The notes under the pieces are model-generated. The model made no database searches. It was not told where the DNA came from and saw nothing but the letters and a program-made list of their open reading frames with translations. DNA of 64,000 nucleotides from Vicinamibacterales bacterium (GTDB lineage Bacteria; Acidobacteriota; Vicinamibacteria; Vicinamibacterales; UBA8438), in contig OZ220718.1 of the NCBI GenBank assembly GCA_965116765.1, positions 1,909,384-1,973,383 on the forward strand, read 5' to 3'. Position numbers and translations under genes: made by a program. Positions 26,485-34,945 of this stretch are shown here, in pieces. Numbering within the stretch: the first letter of the stretch is position 1; the number at the start of each line of letters is the position of its first letter.

Positions 26485-27801
26485 ATGAAGCTCACGCGCA
26501 CGCTCGCCGCTCTTCTCGCGTTCGGCATCGTCTCGGCCTTCGCCGGCCCCGCTCACGCCGAGAACGGCGCCGAGGCGGTGACCTACTACAAGGACGTGCT
26601 GCCGATCATGCAGGAGAACTGCCAGACCTGCCATCGGCCGTCCGGCGCCAACATCAGCGGGCTCGTCGCCCCGATGTCGTTCATGGACTACCGCGAGACG
26701 CGGCCCTGGGCCCGCTCGATTGCGAGCAAGGTCGAGTCGCGCGAGATGCCGCCGTGGTTCGCCTCGGCCCCCAAGGGCGTGTTCGAGAACGAGCGCGGCC
26801 TGACCGTCGCCGAGATCGACACCATCCTGAGCTGGGTCGCGGCCGGTGCCCCCGCGGGCGACATGGCCGACGCGCCGCCGGCCCAGCAGTTCGCGGAGGA
26901 CGCGAACGACGGCTGGACCCTCGGCACCCCCGACTTCGTCGTCAAGATGCCCGAGCCGTATCTGGTCGCGGACGACATCTACGACATCAACATCACCTTC
27001 TACACGGAGCTGACCGAGGACATCCTGCCCGAGGACACCTGGGTCAAGGGCTGGGAGTTCCGGGTCGGCGACAACCAGATCACCCACCACATGTGCTCGT
27101 CGATGATCGCGCCCGGCGCCTTCGTCCCCGAGGGCGCGGTGGAGGACGAGGGCGCCGACGTGGCCGGCAGCCAGCTCCTGAGCTGCGTGGCCGAGGGCGG
27201 CGAGCCCGACATGCTGCCCGAGGGCTTCGGAGTGCTGCTCGAGACGGGGTCGAGCATCTCGTTCAACATGCACTACCACAAGGAGCCGGCCGAGGGCTCG
27301 GCGGTCTGGAGCGCCCCCGAGATCGCGTTCTGGGTGGCCGACGAGCCCGTGCAGCACAAGGTGATCAACGACACCCTCTACAACCGCGGGTTCGAGATTC
27401 CGCCCAACCACCCCAACTACCGCGTGGGGTCGTCGCGCGTCCTCGACAAGGACACCCTGGTGCTGACCTACTGGCCGCACGCCCACCTGCGGGCCGTCGC
27501 CGCGCGCTACACCGCGTTCTACCCCGACGGCACGGAGGAGCTGCTGCTCGACGTGCCGCACTACGACCAGAGCTGGCAGGTGACCTACAAGTACAAGGAG
27601 CCGAAGCTGCTGCCCAAGGGCACCCGCATCGACGTCGACTTCTGGTACGACAACACGCAGGAGCGCGCGTCTCGCCGCAGCTTCAACCCCAACCGGTTCG
27701 TCGGCTACGGGCCGCGGACCGACGACGAGATGTCGCTCGGGTTCATCGGCTACGCCGAGGTCGACGAGCCCGCGGCAATGCCGACCACCGACAACGACTG
27801 A
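26485..27801 (+). CDS. Exported cytochrome c domain fused to a PHM/DBH-like copper type II monooxygenase domain
   Basis: RBS AAGGAGA. Signal peptide. CQTCH haem motif. Copper-site-like motifs ITHHM, WPHAHLR and TDDEMSLGFIGY parallel the HHM / HxH / DEM(C) ligand motifs of peptidylglycine/dopamine monooxygenases. Confidence 0.7.
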   Translation: MKLTRTLAALLAFGIVSAFAGPAHAENGAEAVTYYKDVLPIMQENCQTCHRPSGANISGLVAPMSFMDYRETRPWARSIASKVESREMPPWFASAPKGVFENERGLTVAEIDTILSWVAAGAPAGDMADAPPAQQFAEDANDGWTLGTPDFVVKMPEPYLVADDIYDINITFYTELTEDILPEDTWVKGWEFRVGDNQITHHMCSSMIAPGAFVPEGAVEDEGADVAGSQLLSCVAEGGEPDMLPEGFGVLLETGSSISFNMHYHKEPAEGSAVWSAPEIAFWVADEPVQHKVINDTLYNRGFEIPPNHPNYRVGSSRVLDKDTLVLTYWPHAHLRAVAARYTAFYPDGTEELLLDVPHYDQSWQVTYKYKEPKLLPKGTRIDVDFWYDNTQERASRRSFNPNRFVGYGPRTDDEMSLGFIGYAEVDEPAAMPTTDND

Positions 27802-27833
27802 CGCCGGCGCCGGTGCGGCGTGACTTCACGGCA

Positions 27834-27868
27834 GGGCGGGGCCGGACCGGTCCCGCCCTCGCTTTTTC
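27834..27868 (+). terminator. Rho-independent terminator
   Basis: GGGCGGGGCCGG / CCGGTCCCGCCC stem followed by TCGCTTTTTCT, 33 nt after the TGA of the monooxygenase gene. Confidence 0.65.
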
Positions 27869-27884
27869 TGGCGGGAAATCTCGA

Positions 27885-27953
27885 CTCTGCGGGGGAACGA
27901 CACTCGGGGAACGTCGTTGACTCTGCGGGGAACCTCACGAGTCTGCGGGGAAC
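27885..27953 (+). repeat. Direct repeats (C)TCTGCGGGGAAC upstream of the 27960 gene (candidate regulator-binding sites)
   Basis: CTCTGCGGGGGAAC at 27885-27898, CGGGGAAC at 27905-27912, CTCTGCGGGGAAC at 27921-27933 and GTCTGCGGGGAAC at 27941-27953. Repeat ends are spaced 14, 21 and 20 nt apart. The last copy ends 6 nt before the ATG. Confidence 0.5.
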
Positions 27954-27959
27954 ATCGCC

Positions 27960-29255
27960 ATGCCGACCATCGGTGACCGTCACCCTGTCCGTTCCCGCCG
28001 GGGCGCACCCCGGCGCACACGCCCGGCCCTGCTCGCCGCCGGCGTCGCCTGCGGCCTGACCGTCCTCGCGGGGGTGCACGCGGGCGCCCAGACGCCGCCG
28101 CCGACCGAGGAGGCGGACGGGCACGTGCACGCCGTGCTGGTTCTGGAAGGGCAGGAGATCCGCGTCGCGTTCCCGCCCGACCTGGGCGCGGACGGCCCCG
28201 CCTACGCCGAGCTGCTCGCGGGCACGGCGGTCCGCGTCGGGAGCTTCCGGGGGCATCGGGCCCTGCGGATGGGCACGCTCGAGGCCGACCTCGAGGCGCT
28301 GGCCGCCGAACGGGCCGCGGCGGCGGCGCGCATCGAGGCAGAAGCGCGGAGGGCCGCGGCGGGGCAGGACGAGCCGGCGCAGGACGCCGCGGAGGAGCCC
28401 GGCGAGGCGGCGGCCGACGCCGAGCCGGAGCCGGCCGAGCCGCCCGATCCCGAGCTGTGGATCGCGAGGGACGCCGAAGGCTGGCGGCTGGAGATACGGA
28501 CCGCCGGCGCGGCCGACGACGGCAGCGGGACCGTCCACGTCGTGCCGCTGCAGCATCGGGAGGCCGCCGCGGCAGCGCCCGTGTTCACCGCCTCGGCCCA
28601 CGCCGCCGCGGCCGAGACGGGCCGGCTGGAGCTGCGCTGGGGCCGCCAGGCGTGGAGCAGCGATTTCCGCTTCGACGAGCTGCCGCCCCCGCCCCGCCGG
28701 CCGCGGGTCTCCGGCCGCGGGACCGCCCGCCAGGCCGCCGACGACAACACCCCGACGTCCCGGAACAACATGCTCAACGAGCGCAACGAGACGGCCCTGG
28801 TGCTGCCCGACGGCGCGCGCATCTCCATGTTGTACTGGAAGGGCATCGACGTCGAGGACGAGGACTACCCGCGTATCGCCGACACCCCCGACGGGGCGGT
28901 CGTCGAGCTGATCCGCTCCCCCGTCCTCCGCCTCAAGTCCGACGTCTCCCTGCGGTTCGGCGAAGCCGACGTCCCCACCGGCAACCTCGCCCCGGGATTC
29001 GCCGGCGCCTACGGCGTCTGGCTGCGCCGCGCCGGCTCGGGCTGGCGCTTCGTGTTCAACCACGAGCCCGACTCCTGGGGCACCCAGCACGATCCGGACT
29101 TCGACGCCGGCGAGACCCCGGTCGACTACTCGCGCACCGCCGGCTCCTTCCGCCCCCTCGGCGCCACCCTCGTCCCCACCGGCGACGACCGCGGCCGCCT
29201 CGTCGTCCACTGGGGCCCCCACGAGTGGGCCGCCGACTTCACCGTCGTTCGCTGA
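27960..29255 (+). CDS. Exported hypothetical protein with DUF2911-like C-terminal domain and an acidic/Ala-rich linker
   Basis: 431-aa ORF. C-terminal LKSDVSLRFGEADVPTGNLAPGFAGAYGVWLRRAGSGWRFVFNHEPDSWGTQHDP resembles DUF2911 proteins (assignment from memory only). Confidence 0.6.
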   Translation: MPTIGDRHPVRSRRGAPRRTRPALLAAGVACGLTVLAGVHAGAQTPPPTEEADGHVHAVLVLEGQEIRVAFPPDLGADGPAYAELLAGTAVRVGSFRGHRALRMGTLEADLEALAAERAAAAARIEAEARRAAAGQDEPAQDAAEEPGEAAADAEPEPAEPPDPELWIARDAEGWRLEIRTAGAADDGSGTVHVVPLQHREAAAAAPVFTASAHAAAAETGRLELRWGRQAWSSDFRFDELPPPPRRPRVSGRGTARQAADDNTPTSRNNMLNERNETALVLPDGARISMLYWKGIDVEDEDYPRIADTPDGAVVELIRSPVLRLKSDVSLRFGEADVPTGNLAPGFAGAYGVWLRRAGSGWRFVFNHEPDSWGTQHDPDFDAGETPVDYSRTAGSFRPLGATLVPTGDDRGRLVVHWGPHEWAADFTVVR

Positions 29256-29372
29256 GCATCCTGCTCGGCCGTCTCCTCCCGCGCCAGCTCAAGTCGGTGG
29301 TCGACGCCGACGGCGAGCTGGCGCCGCCCGGCCCGCGTGCCTCCGGACCATGAGCCGGCCGCGGTGCATCCG

Positions 29373-29413
29373 ATCGTGCGAATCGTTCGATTGGATCGTA
29401 GGATTCGCACGAT
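29373..29413 (+). promoter_or_regulatory. Perfect 12-bp inverted repeat whose right arm overlaps the DUF4389 start codon
   Basis: ATCGTGCGAATC (29373-29384), a 17-nt spacer, then GATTCGCACGAT (29402-29413). The spacer contains a nested CGAT/ATCG pair. ATG is at 29412-29414. Confidence 0.5.
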
Positions 29414-29737
29414 GCCGGCCGACGGGACGCCCACGCCTCCGTCGGCCGCACGCAACCACCGGACATCGACTACCCCGACGCCGCGCGCGACCTGAACCGC
29501 TGGCTGCCGCTGATCAAGTGGCTGCTGGCGATTCCGCACTACATCATGATCATGCTGCTCGGGGTGGTCACCCTGGTGCTGGTGATCTTCGCCTGGTTCG
29601 CCATCCTCTTCACTGGCCGCTACCCTCGGGGGATCTTCGACTTCGTGGTCGGGATGTCGCGCTGGACGTGGCGCGTCCAGGCCTACGCGCTCCTGCTCGC
29701 GACCGACCGCTACCCGCCGTTCAGCCTCGAACCCTGA
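29412..29737 (+). pseudogene. DUF4389-family membrane protein, apparently frameshifted near 29450
   Basis: The conserved part DIDYPDAARDLNRWLPLIKWLLAIPHYIMIMLLGVV...FTGRYPRGIFDFVVGMSRWTWRV...TDRYPPFSLEP has no start codon after the TAG at 29399. ATG 29412 (MPADGTPTPPSAARNH...) lies in another frame. The locus length is 326 nt (3n-1), consistent with one missing base around caccgg (29456-29461). Confidence 0.55.
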
Positions 29738-29819
29738 GCCCGCGGGAAGGGTTGCTCACGGGCGGCGGAAACGCCGGAACGACGGCCGTCGCCGTTCCGT
29801 GCCGGATCCGGCGAGACCG

Positions 29820-32800
29820 TCAGAACCGGAACAGCCGGTTGAACTTGACGACGAAGCCGCGGTTGCGGAGGTCGAGGCCCCGGTCGGGGCGGAAGCCGTT
29901 GGTGACGTCGCGGTCGTCGGTGTAGACCACGAACAGCTCGCTCCCCGGGCTGTACTCCCACCGCAGCCGCAGGTTGCTGCTGAACGAGTTGTCGGCCGAG
30001 TTGTACTGCAGCAGGCCGCTGAAGAACATCCGCGGGTTGAACGCGTAGTTCACCCGCGTGACCGCCAGGTTCGACTGGAACTTGCCGTACGGCGTGTCGA
30101 TCCAGTTGAACGACACCGTCGGCTCGACCGACATCTGCGGCAGCACCGCGATGCGCCCCTGGCTCAGCTCGAGGCTCGTCAGCTCGCCCCCGAAGTAGTC
30201 GCCCCGGCGGAGCGCCACCTGTCCGTTGACCCGGCGCTGCTGGCCGATGGCGTACGCCACCTGGTAGTCGGCGAAGCTGTAGCCCCCTACCGGAATCGTG
30301 AAGTCCGCCCCGGGCGGGGTGAACGGCTGCAGCAGCAGCTCGTAGTTGTCGGTCGCCGCGAACGTGAGCTGATCGCTCGACTCGAACTCGGTCTGGAACG
30401 ACAGCAGGCGCTGGCGCGTCTCGAGCTGGGTGACGTCGGCCATGAGGATGTAGTCGACGGCCCCCTCGAGACTGAACTGGCGCACGCTCTCCATCGCGGG
30501 CCGCGGGCTGAACCGCCCCGACACGTAGGTGCGCCGGAAGTTGTCGCGCCGCAGGAAGCCCACCTCGGGCAGGAAGTTGTCCTCGACCACCAGGTGGTCC
30601 ACCTGCATGCCGTAGCGGTCGGCCGCGTACTCGAACTTGCCCTGGTAGCTGGTGTCCTTGCCCTCGTACTCGGGAATCGGCACCCGGGTCTTGGCGAAGT
30701 AGCTGATGAGGCTGACGTTCTCGAAGAACGCGAAGGTGCCGTCGACCCCGTAGGCCTGGCTCGCCTGCCCCGGTGCCGCCCGCGACACCGACCGGTTGGT
30801 GAACATCCCGCCGATGGAGCTGCGGCGGAGGACGTCGCGCCGCAGCCGCACCACCGTGAAGTTGGTCGGCTCGCTGGCCGAGACGACCTCGTCGCCGGCG
30901 TGGATGTTCAGCGCCCCGACGTCGAACGGACCCACCTTTCCCGTGACCCGCGCGCCTCCGACGATGGGGATCACGCGGCCCCGCTCGAGCCCGATCTTCC
31001 GGCTGTAGAAGAGCTGCGGCACGTTCACGTCGCCGAAGACCCCCCCGGCGCCACCGCCCCCGAGACCGCCGAAACGGCCGGTGACGCCGCCCCGGGCGAA
31101 GCCGAAGATGCCCCGCCCCTCCAGGAAGAACTCGCGCTTCTCGGGGAAGAACAGCGGGAAGCGGGTCAGGTTGACCTGACGCTCGTCCACCTCGACCTGC
31201 GCGAAGTCGGTGTTGTACGTGAAGTCGGCGGTCAGGTTCTGGGTGATGCCGTACTTGACGTCGAGACCCCCGGCACCGCTGCGCTCGTTGTTCACCACCG
31301 GGCTCGCGGTCAGGTCGGTCGAGATGCCCCCGATGCCGTACGGCTTGACCTCGATGTTGCGGCTCGCCGGGGGCGGCTCGAGGCCGACGAGGGTCCCCGC
31401 GGCCGAGACCCGGAAGATGCCGGACGAGCCGCTGCCCCCGCCGGCGGAGATGGGCAGCCGGGTCAGGTACACCCACTCGTTCTTGCGCCGGATGGCGCGG
31501 CGGAGCTGGATGCCCCAGAGGTGGGGCGGCTCCGAGCGGTAGCGGAGGGTCTTGAAGGGAATCTCCATCTCGACCGTCCAGCCGCCCCCGAAGCGGCCGG
31601 TGCGCACGTCCCACACCGGGTTCCAGTCGCTGTTGGGGTTGCCCTCGTTCGTGAACTGCTGGTCGGCACGGGCCCCGAGGGGGTTCGTGTAGAAGTTGAA
31701 GCCGTTGCGGCGGTCGTAGAAGGTGTCGAAGAACGCGGTGAACGTGTCGTTCTGGCGGAGCTGGCTGGTGTCGCGGCGCATCTCGTTGGCGACCCACTGG
31801 CTCTCGGGAGCCGAGTCCCAGACCCGGGCGGAGACGTAGACGTTCGTGTCGTCGAACGTGATCCACGCCTCGGTCCGCTCGGTGGCGGGGGCGCCGATGT
31901 CAGGCACCTGCTGGATGAAGCCGGTGATCGGAGCCACGGTCTCGTAGACCGCCTCATCGAGCACTCCGTCGAGCCGGATGCCCTCGGCCAGCCGGATCGC
32001 CCGGACCGTGGTGCGGCCTTCCTCGTCGCGCGTCATCACGTCGGGCGCGACCGGGGCCGGCGGTCCGTCGATGAGCGAAGCGAGGGACGCGGCGGTGCCG
32101 GCCAGGAAGCCGCCGGGGGCCACGGCGCCGGCCGCGGCCGCCGGGGCCGGCGCTGCCGCCGCGGCCGCCGGGGCGGCGGAGCCTGCGCCAGGGGCCGTCC
32201 CGGCCCCGCCGGGGCCGCCGGCGGCCGCGGCGGGGTCCGGAGGCGTCACCGGCCTCCCGAACGGGCCGCTCCCCCCCGGCGGCACGATCCCCGCGGAGGG
32301 GACACCGGGCGACGCGGAGCCGCCGTCGGCGGGACTCTCCCTCGGAGCGCCCGCCCGACCGACCGGCGCCCCGGGCTGCGCCAGCGCGGCCACCACGCGG
32401 TCCTGAAGGTCGAACAGGTCCTGCGAGGCGCCGTCGACGATGGCGGAACGTACGACGTCGCCGCCGGCCACCGACACGACACGCGCGGTGATGCGAAGCT
32501 GACTCCCGAATCGCTGATAGGCGCCGACGAGCACGAACGGCACGTCGAGCGTGCCGCCGACGGCGACGGCCTCGTCCGCAGAGACCGGCCCTTCCGGCGG
32601 CGAGTCCCCCGCCGCCGCTCCTCCGCGCTGTACGACGACCGCGCTTCCGGCGGGGAAGCCCGTCACCACGGCCTCGGCGATACCCAGGCCCATCCAGTCG
32701 TCGACCGGACTTCCCGTCAGGTTGGTGAACGGCACGACCGCCACCGCCATCGCCGCCGTCGCGTCGAACGGGCCCGCTGGCCGCTGCGCCGGCGCCGGGG

Positions 32801-32876
32801 CGGCGGCCAGCGCCATCCCGACCAGCAGCGCCGTTGCCGGCGCCACCCGATGCACGCCTCTCGCTCTCACGTTCAC
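29820..32876 (-). CDS. Large outer-membrane protein: TolB_N-like N-domain, low-complexity linker, CBM9/DUF5916-type domain and beta-barrel
   Basis: 1018-aa ORF with a signal peptide. AVVPFTNLTGSPVDDWMGLGIAEAVV...FVLVGAYQRFGSQLRITARVV resembles the TolB amino-terminal-like module. Ala/Pro/Gly-rich linker. ...FIQQVPDIGAPATERTEAWITFDDTNVYVSARVWD is CBM9/DUF5916-like. The terminal ...KFNRLFRF is an OMP-type C-terminal Phe. Confidence 0.8.
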   Translation of the reverse strand: MNVRARGVHRVAPATALLVGMALAAAPAPAQRPAGPFDATAAMAVAVVPFTNLTGSPVDDWMGLGIAEAVVTGFPAGSAVVVQRGGAAAGDSPPEGPVSADEAVAVGGTLDVPFVLVGAYQRFGSQLRITARVVSVAGGDVVRSAIVDGASQDLFDLQDRVVAALAQPGAPVGRAGAPRESPADGGSASPGVPSAGIVPPGGSGPFGRPVTPPDPAAAAGGPGGAGTAPGAGSAAPAAAAAAPAPAAAAGAVAPGGFLAGTAASLASLIDGPPAPVAPDVMTRDEEGRTTVRAIRLAEGIRLDGVLDEAVYETVAPITGFIQQVPDIGAPATERTEAWITFDDTNVYVSARVWDSAPESQWVANEMRRDTSQLRQNDTFTAFFDTFYDRRNGFNFYTNPLGARADQQFTNEGNPNSDWNPVWDVRTGRFGGGWTVEMEIPFKTLRYRSEPPHLWGIQLRRAIRRKNEWVYLTRLPISAGGGSGSSGIFRVSAAGTLVGLEPPPASRNIEVKPYGIGGISTDLTASPVVNNERSGAGGLDVKYGITQNLTADFTYNTDFAQVEVDERQVNLTRFPLFFPEKREFFLEGRGIFGFARGGVTGRFGGLGGGGAGGVFGDVNVPQLFYSRKIGLERGRVIPIVGGARVTGKVGPFDVGALNIHAGDEVVSASEPTNFTVVRLRRDVLRRSSIGGMFTNRSVSRAAPGQASQAYGVDGTFAFFENVSLISYFAKTRVPIPEYEGKDTSYQGKFEYAADRYGMQVDHLVVEDNFLPEVGFLRRDNFRRTYVSGRFSPRPAMESVRQFSLEGAVDYILMADVTQLETRQRLLSFQTEFESSDQLTFAATDNYELLLQPFTPPGADFTIPVGGYSFADYQVAYAIGQQRRVNGQVALRRGDYFGGELTSLELSQGRIAVLPQMSVEPTVSFNWIDTPYGKFQSNLAVTRVNYAFNPRMFFSGLLQYNSADNSFSSNLRLRWEYSPGSELFVVYTDDRDVTNGFRPDRGLDLRNRGFVVKFNRLFRF

Positions 32877-33088
32877 CAGCTCCTCGTCAGTGCGGGCGCC
32901 GACCGGGCGCCCCCGTGCCCACCACGGGTTCCCGACTCAATAGGATACGTCCAATCCAGTCAGACGTTTACCGGGCTGACAACGGGACGGGGCGCCTGAC
33001 GCTATAATCCACCCCGTTCAGCATTCGACGGCACGGCCCGAAACCGGCCTGAGACGCCCCGGAGAGGGGGCCACGGGAGGACCTGGGG

Positions 33089-34174
33089 ATGGCTTCATCA
33101 CGACGACGATTCCTGATGCACGCGGCCGCCGTGGGCGGCGCCGCCCTGGCCCGGCCCGCCTCGGCCATGACGGCATCCGCGGGCGGCCCGGCCGCCGAGC
33201 CCGAGACATTCTCTCCGCCGGAGCTCCTGGCCCGCCAGGCTGCCCGGAACCGGGCCGCCGCGGCACGGCCGGCAGCAGCGGTCGCTACGCCTCCTGCGCC
33301 CGCCGCGCAGGCCGCCGACGCCGACTACGCCGCGATGTACCGCGACCGGCGTAACTGGGGCCGCTGGGGCGACGACGACCAGGTCGGCGCCGTCAACCTC
33401 ATCACCGCCGAGAAGCGCGCCGCCGCCGCCGGCCTCGTGCGCACCGGCCGGACCGTCTCGCTCAGCCGCGTCTTCGAGCCGCCGCAGCACTTCATGACCA
33501 AGAGCTCGCTCGGCGGGAACGGCGGCTACGTCATGGACTACCTGGGCTTCATCTACCACGGCTCGACCGTGACCCACATCGACGCCCTCTGTCACATCTG
33601 GGACGAGGACGGCATGTGGCAGGGCCGCGACCCCGACGTGGAGATCACCACCCGGGGCGCCCACTTCGGCGACATCACCCACTGGAACCGCGGCGTCATC
33701 ACCAAGGGGGTTCTGATCGACGTGCCCCGCCACCGCGGCGAGCCCCACGTGACGGCGGACCGTCCCGTCCGCGGCGACGAGCTCGAGGCGATCGCGGCCG
33801 CGCAGGGGGTCGCCGTCGAGCCGGGCGACGCCCTCCTCGTCCACAGCGGCTGGGCCTCGTACATGCAGAGCGGCGACGACGGCAGCGCAGGCCGCCCCGG
33901 CCTGCACCCGAGCTGCGCCGAGTTCATCCGCGACCACGACGTGGCGCTGCTCGGCTGGGACCTCATGGACGCCCGCATGGGCGCGGCCGGCCTGCCCTGG
34001 CCGGTCCACGGGGTGCTCTTCAACTTCGGTGTGGCCCTGCTCGACAACGCGCGGCTCGAGCCCATCGCCGACGCCTGCGCCGAGGAGGGCCGGCACGAGT
34101 TCATGTTCATGCTGCTGCCCCTCAACGTCGCGCGCGGCACCGGCAGCCCGGCGAACCCGATCGCGATGTTCTGA
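33089..34174 (+). CDS. Cyclase-family protein (kynurenine formamidase-like), TAT-exported; paralog A
   Basis: RBS GGGAGGA. SRRRFLMHAAAVGGAAL leader. NWGRWGDDDQVGAVNLIT...THIDALCHIW...GTGSPANPIAMF. Clear paralog of the 58835-59830 gene. Confidence 0.8.
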   Translation: MASSRRRFLMHAAAVGGAALARPASAMTASAGGPAAEPETFSPPELLARQAARNRAAAARPAAAVATPPAPAAQAADADYAAMYRDRRNWGRWGDDDQVGAVNLITAEKRAAAAGLVRTGRTVSLSRVFEPPQHFMTKSSLGGNGGYVMDYLGFIYHGSTVTHIDALCHIWDEDGMWQGRDPDVEITTRGAHFGDITHWNRGVITKGVLIDVPRHRGEPHVTADRPVRGDELEAIAAAQGVAVEPGDALLVHSGWASYMQSGDDGSAGRPGLHPSCAEFIRDHDVALLGWDLMDARMGAAGLPWPVHGVLFNFGVALLDNARLEPIADACAEEGRHEFMFMLLPLNVARGTGSPANPIAMF

Positions 34175-34381
34175 TCGGGTCCGGCCACGCCCCGGGCGCC
34201 GCCCTCGCCGACGGATGGCCGGGCGCGTCCGCCGTTTCGGGCCGACCAGGTCCCAACGCGTCCCGAGCGTGTCGACGGCGGCGGTCGAGCGAGGGCCGCC
34301 GCGCGGGCAACCGGGTCCCAACGCCGGCGTGGCCGGCCGACGGCAGCGGTTCCGGGTACCCGCGACGACCAGCGGTCGCGT

Positions 34382-34735
34382 TCAACCGCTGCCCGGGTCC
34401 GACGGGCCGGAGCGCCGTTCCGCAGCATCCGCCAGCTCGTGGAGATGCGCCAGGAACGGCCGGCCGTCGTGCGGCGGGTACCCCTCGACGCGTTCGGTCG
34501 CCAGGTCGTCGAAGAACCGGTCGTAGACGGTCGCCCGCTCGTGCTGCAATGGCGTCGGGCAGTAGCAGACCTCGCTCCATTCGACGACGCCCCCCGGGGT
34601 GACGACGGCGCGCTGCATCGATTCCACGATCTCCTGCCCGTCCGGCGCCTGCCGTCCGATGGTGCCGTCTTGAAGCAGCCGCCTGAACTCCGCGGCCGTC
34701 CCCTCGCGAAGCCGCGCACGGACCCTGTAGTACAT
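34382..34735 (-). CDS. Hypothetical protein (117 aa)
   Basis: ATG 34735 follows GGAGGAAG. MYYRVRARLREGTAAEFRRLLQDGTIGRQAPDGQEIVESMQRAVV... has good composition and GC3. No family recognised. Confidence 0.55.
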   Translation of the reverse strand: MYYRVRARLREGTAAEFRRLLQDGTIGRQAPDGQEIVESMQRAVVTPGGVVEWSEVCYCPTPLQHERATVYDRFFDDLATERVEGYPPHDGRPFLAHLHELADAAERRSGPSDPGSG

Positions 34736-34945
34736 CGCTTCCTCCCCGGTTGACGTTTCCTCGGTCACACACACACCCAGTATGCTCGTTCGTCACACCT
34801 TGTCCGCAGGCGCCTCGCCGGTCTCGGCGCAACGCGGGCTCTTGCCACGGGCTGCCGCCACCCGCCGGCGGCAGTCTGCGAGCCCGAGGCCACCCTCGGC
34901 CGCGCGCGACCGGCGCGCGCCGACGGCGCTCCGGCAGGCTGTACA

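Noticed and set aside
27885-27953. CRISPR-like array (also considered for 59847-60069)
   Set aside because: The repeats are only 8-14 nt (or degenerate ~36-nt units with no unique spacers). Spacing is irregular and no cas genes are present.
29799-32999. 1066-aa plus-strand ORF. Similar long shadows occur at 7659-9824, 16062-18449, 38440-41226, 58040-60142 and 60861-63482.
   Set aside because: Each lies antisense to, or out of frame with, a gene that has clear family motifs, a signal peptide and an RBS. The shadows show the Arg/Pro/Gly/Ala bias expected from reading GC-rich codons in the wrong frame.
33003-33008. Perfect TATAAT upstream of the cyclase gene as a sigma-70 promoter
   Set aside because: The best -35-like hexamer (TGACAA at 32977-32982) is 20 nt away, so I cannot support a promoter call from sequence alone.
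34766-34776. (CA)5 microsatellite in the divergent promoter region
   Set aside because: It is too short to suggest phase variation, and there is no evidence of function.
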